Source: Bacteroidales bacterium | GTDB taxonomy: Bacteria; Bacteroidota; Bacteroidia; Bacteroidales; ML635J-15 | Length of the DNA stretch: 32,000 nt | Assembly: GCA_017526205.1 (NCBI GenBank) | Contig: JAFXRP010000035.1 | Span: 41,268 to 73,267 of the forward strand | Direction: 5' to 3' | Part shown: piece after piece, positions 31,711-32,000 of the stretch | Position numbering within the stretch: position 1 is the stretch's first letter | How the letters are laid out: every line of letters begins with the position of its first letter | Made by a program: the position numbers and the translations under genes | Notes under the pieces: model-generated | What the model saw: the letters and a program-made list of their open reading frames with translations, nothing else | Told to the model about the DNA's origin: nothing | Databases searched by the model: none

Positions 31711-32000
31711 CTTCCACGCTCTTTGAAATATGCAAGCAAACTTATCAACTTTTTTCAAAAATGCGGTTAATTTGCTGAATGAAAAATCATTGAAAAATCG
31801 GTTTTTTCGTAAGTCGTTGATTGAAAAAATAAATCGAAATTAACAGAATCTGTTTTCAAAAGGTTATTTCTGTGAATAAAAAATATTAAATTTTTCTTGC
31901 AGAATTGTAAGGTGCTCGAATATATGAAAGTTGGATTTAAGCAAGAATTTTTTGTTATTTTTTGATGCATTTTTTTCAACAGAAAAATGGTTCAATTTGA

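Noticed and set aside
31767-31979. 70-aa minus-strand ORF near the right edge
   Set aside because: The region is very AT-rich, and the ORF has a low-complexity composition and no motif or signal. I cannot support it, and the region may simply be a promoter for a gene beyond the window.

Overview
AT-rich Bacteroidota-type (probably Bacteroidales) chromosomal segment. I can support 24 protein genes (one truncated at the left edge), one initiator tRNA-Met with its own promoter box and terminator, and several families of short intergenic repeats. Housekeeping genes (mnmG, ade, dtd, ftsE, an sdaA-type serine dehydratase, a YhaM/CyuA-type cysteine desulfidase, a Na/Pi-PhoU transporter) are interspersed with accessory-looking loci. 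Most noteworthy: (i) A tightly packed minus-strand operon (1-2861) encodes an RsbW-like kinase, a Cache-HAMP-PP2C sensor phosphatase and a STAS antagonist. It has no sigma factor, and 21 nt downstream lies what looks like a RelA/SpoT-type small alarmone synthetase. (ii) A co-directional block (16902-19795) holds a low-GC PD-(D/E)xK/DUF4268 nuclease-like gene translationally coupled (TAATG) to a double zinc-ribbon protein, then four direct repeats phased at exactly 33 bp in front of a DUF4143 AAA ATPase. (iii) A Fic protein has a degenerate, Doc-like catalytic motif (QPFMDDNKRTAR). (iv) A serine dehydratase carries an unexplained 222-aa N-terminal extension. (v) Palindromes and REP-like hairpins sit right after stop codons. 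No CRISPR array, transposase, integrase or rRNA was seen. Several ORF-track starts are TTG/GTG; I moved them to downstream starts using signal-peptide logic and Bacteroidetes -7 boxes (TAnnTTTG). All family assignments come from motif recognition by eye, not from database searches.
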